Source: Bacteriovoracaceae bacterium
GTDB taxonomy: Bacteria > Bdellovibrionota > Bacteriovoracia > Bacteriovoracales > Bacteriovoracaceae
Length of the DNA stretch: 17,562 nt
Assembly: GCA_041586955.1 (NCBI GenBank)
Contig: JBFGZE010000073.1
Location: forward strand, 1 to 17,562
Direction of reading: 5' to 3'
The stretch's first letter is position 1, and every line of letters starts with the position of its first letter. The notes beneath the pieces are model-generated. The model did no database searches. It saw only the letters and a list, made by a program, of their open reading frames with translations, and was not told the origin of the DNA. The translations under genes were made by a program, and so were the position numbers. Below, piece by piece: positions 16,633 through 17,562 of this stretch.

Positions 16633-17562
16633 TTGAAAGGTACTAATAAAATAATATTCTTTTTATCCTTGGTGTTTTTATACTCCTGTGTTCCACAGAA
16701 GAGTCCCACTAAGAAAAAGGCAAAGTTCAGCATCCCTAGCGAGAGTGAAAGCGCTATTGTTGATACTTCTGCTCCGACCGTCCCTTTGAGTGTGGCAGCA
16801 TCAAATATTACTGAGAATTCTGTCACTATTTCATGGAGCCCTTCAACAGATAATATCGCAGTCACTGGATACGAAATTTTTAGAAACGGTGTTTACTATC
16901 AAACAAGTTTAAAAAACTCTTTCCAGGATACAGGGCTTAGTTCCTCGACCCCTTATTTCTATACTGTTAAAGCTATTGATGCCAGTTCAAATAAGTCGGC
17001 TGCTTCAGAGGGTTTAAATATTTCAACACTAGGATCTACAGAGGAAAAAGTCACTGCTAGTATTACTCCTAGGACTGTTTCATCTGGTGATACTTCAGCT
17101 CCTTCTATCCCTTTACATATTGGTCCACTAAATATTACTCAAACCTCTGCGACTATTTCATGGAGTCCTTCAACAGATGATGTTGCGGTCACTGGATATG
17201 AGGTTTATAGAAATGGCGTATTTTATAAAAAAAGTTTAAAAAATTCGTTCAGCGACACAGGCCTTACTCCATCGACTCGCTATTTTTATACAGTTAAAGC
17301 ATTTGACGGTAGTTCAAATAAATCCGGATTCTCCAATGGAGTGATGATTCAAACTTCTGATGCTGCTGTTGCTCCTATTACTTCTCCTGCTGTTGATTCA
17401 GCTCCTTCTGTCCCTTTGAATATTGGCTCATCAAATATTACTCAAACCTCTGCGACTATTTCATGGAGTCCTTCAAAAGATGATGTTGCGGTCACTGGAT
17501 ATGAGGTTTATAGAAATGGCGTATTTTATAAAAAAAGTTTAAAAAACTCGTTCAGCGACACA
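16633..17562 (+). CDS. Fibronectin type III repeat lipoprotein, 3'-truncated
   Basis: AGGAGG 16621-16626, TTG start 16633, signal MKGTNKIIFFLSLVFLYSC (lipobox-like Cys19). Three FN3 modules (DTSAPTVP...SVTISWSPSTDNIAVTGYEIFRNG...DTGL...YFYTVKAID...NKS). Frame is open to the window end. Confidence 0.93.
   Translation, partial: MKGTNKIIFFLSLVFLYSCVPQKSPTKKKAKFSIPSESESAIVDTSAPTVPLSVAASNITENSVTISWSPSTDNIAVTGYEIFRNGVYYQTSLKNSFQDTGLSSSTPYFYTVKAIDASSNKSAASEGLNISTLGSTEEKVTASITPRTVSSGDTSAPSIPLHIGPLNITQTSATISWSPSTDDVAVTGYEVYRNGVFYKKSLKNSFSDTGLTPSTRYFYTVKAFDGSSNKSGFSNGVMIQTSDAAVAPITSPAVDSAPSVPLNIGSSNITQTSATISWSPSKDDVAVTGYEVYRNGVFYKKSLKNSFSDT
17131..17562 (+). repeat. Near-identical direct repeat of FN3 module DNA (17131-17259 vs 17434-17562, period 303 bp)
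   Basis: 129-bp segments differ at 2 positions by manual alignment; the first module (about 16762-17030) is more diverged. Confidence 0.9.

Noticed and set aside
16500..16865. ORF-track 121-aa minus-strand ORF
   Set aside because: Antisense to the FN3 lipoprotein, which has a strong RBS, a lipobox and recognisable domains
17131..17562. Direct repeats as CRISPR array or mobile-element ends
   Set aside because: The repeats are in-frame coding FN3 modules with 303-bp period; no spacers, cas, transposase or integrase genes in the window

Overview
AT-rich bacterial chromosomal window. Gene content and protein style suggest Bdellovibrionota (Bacteriovorax/Halobacteriovorax-like), which is an inference. 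It opens with the 3' end of a Gly-rich protein gene (<1-246). A tightly coupled + strand cluster follows (550-9424): REC-like/degenerate GGDEF-like protein, alr, mlaE-mlaF-long mlaD, a GYF-like membrane protein gene split at an A11 tract, a TsaC/Sua5-family gene and a YfiC/TrmN6-like methyltransferase. Next come a stand-alone divergent malate synthase and two paralogous basic secreted proteins that flank a DUF1232 gene and a pair of paralogous 5-TM proteins. The window ends with a REC-like/PilZ-like protein and the 5' part of an FN3-repeat lipoprotein missed by the ORF track. Most notable: (1) ORFs 6111-7031 and 7082-8284 overlap only across an A11 run bounded by stop codons, so they are a candidate programmed -1 frameshift/transcriptional-slippage gene (about 724 aa fusion), with a homopolymer sequencing error as the alternative; (2) MlaD has a long helical stalk and a beta-rich C-terminus, with no mlaA/B/C in the cluster; (3) the paired 5-TM paralogs show opposite positive-inside charge bias, suggesting an antiparallel heterodimer.
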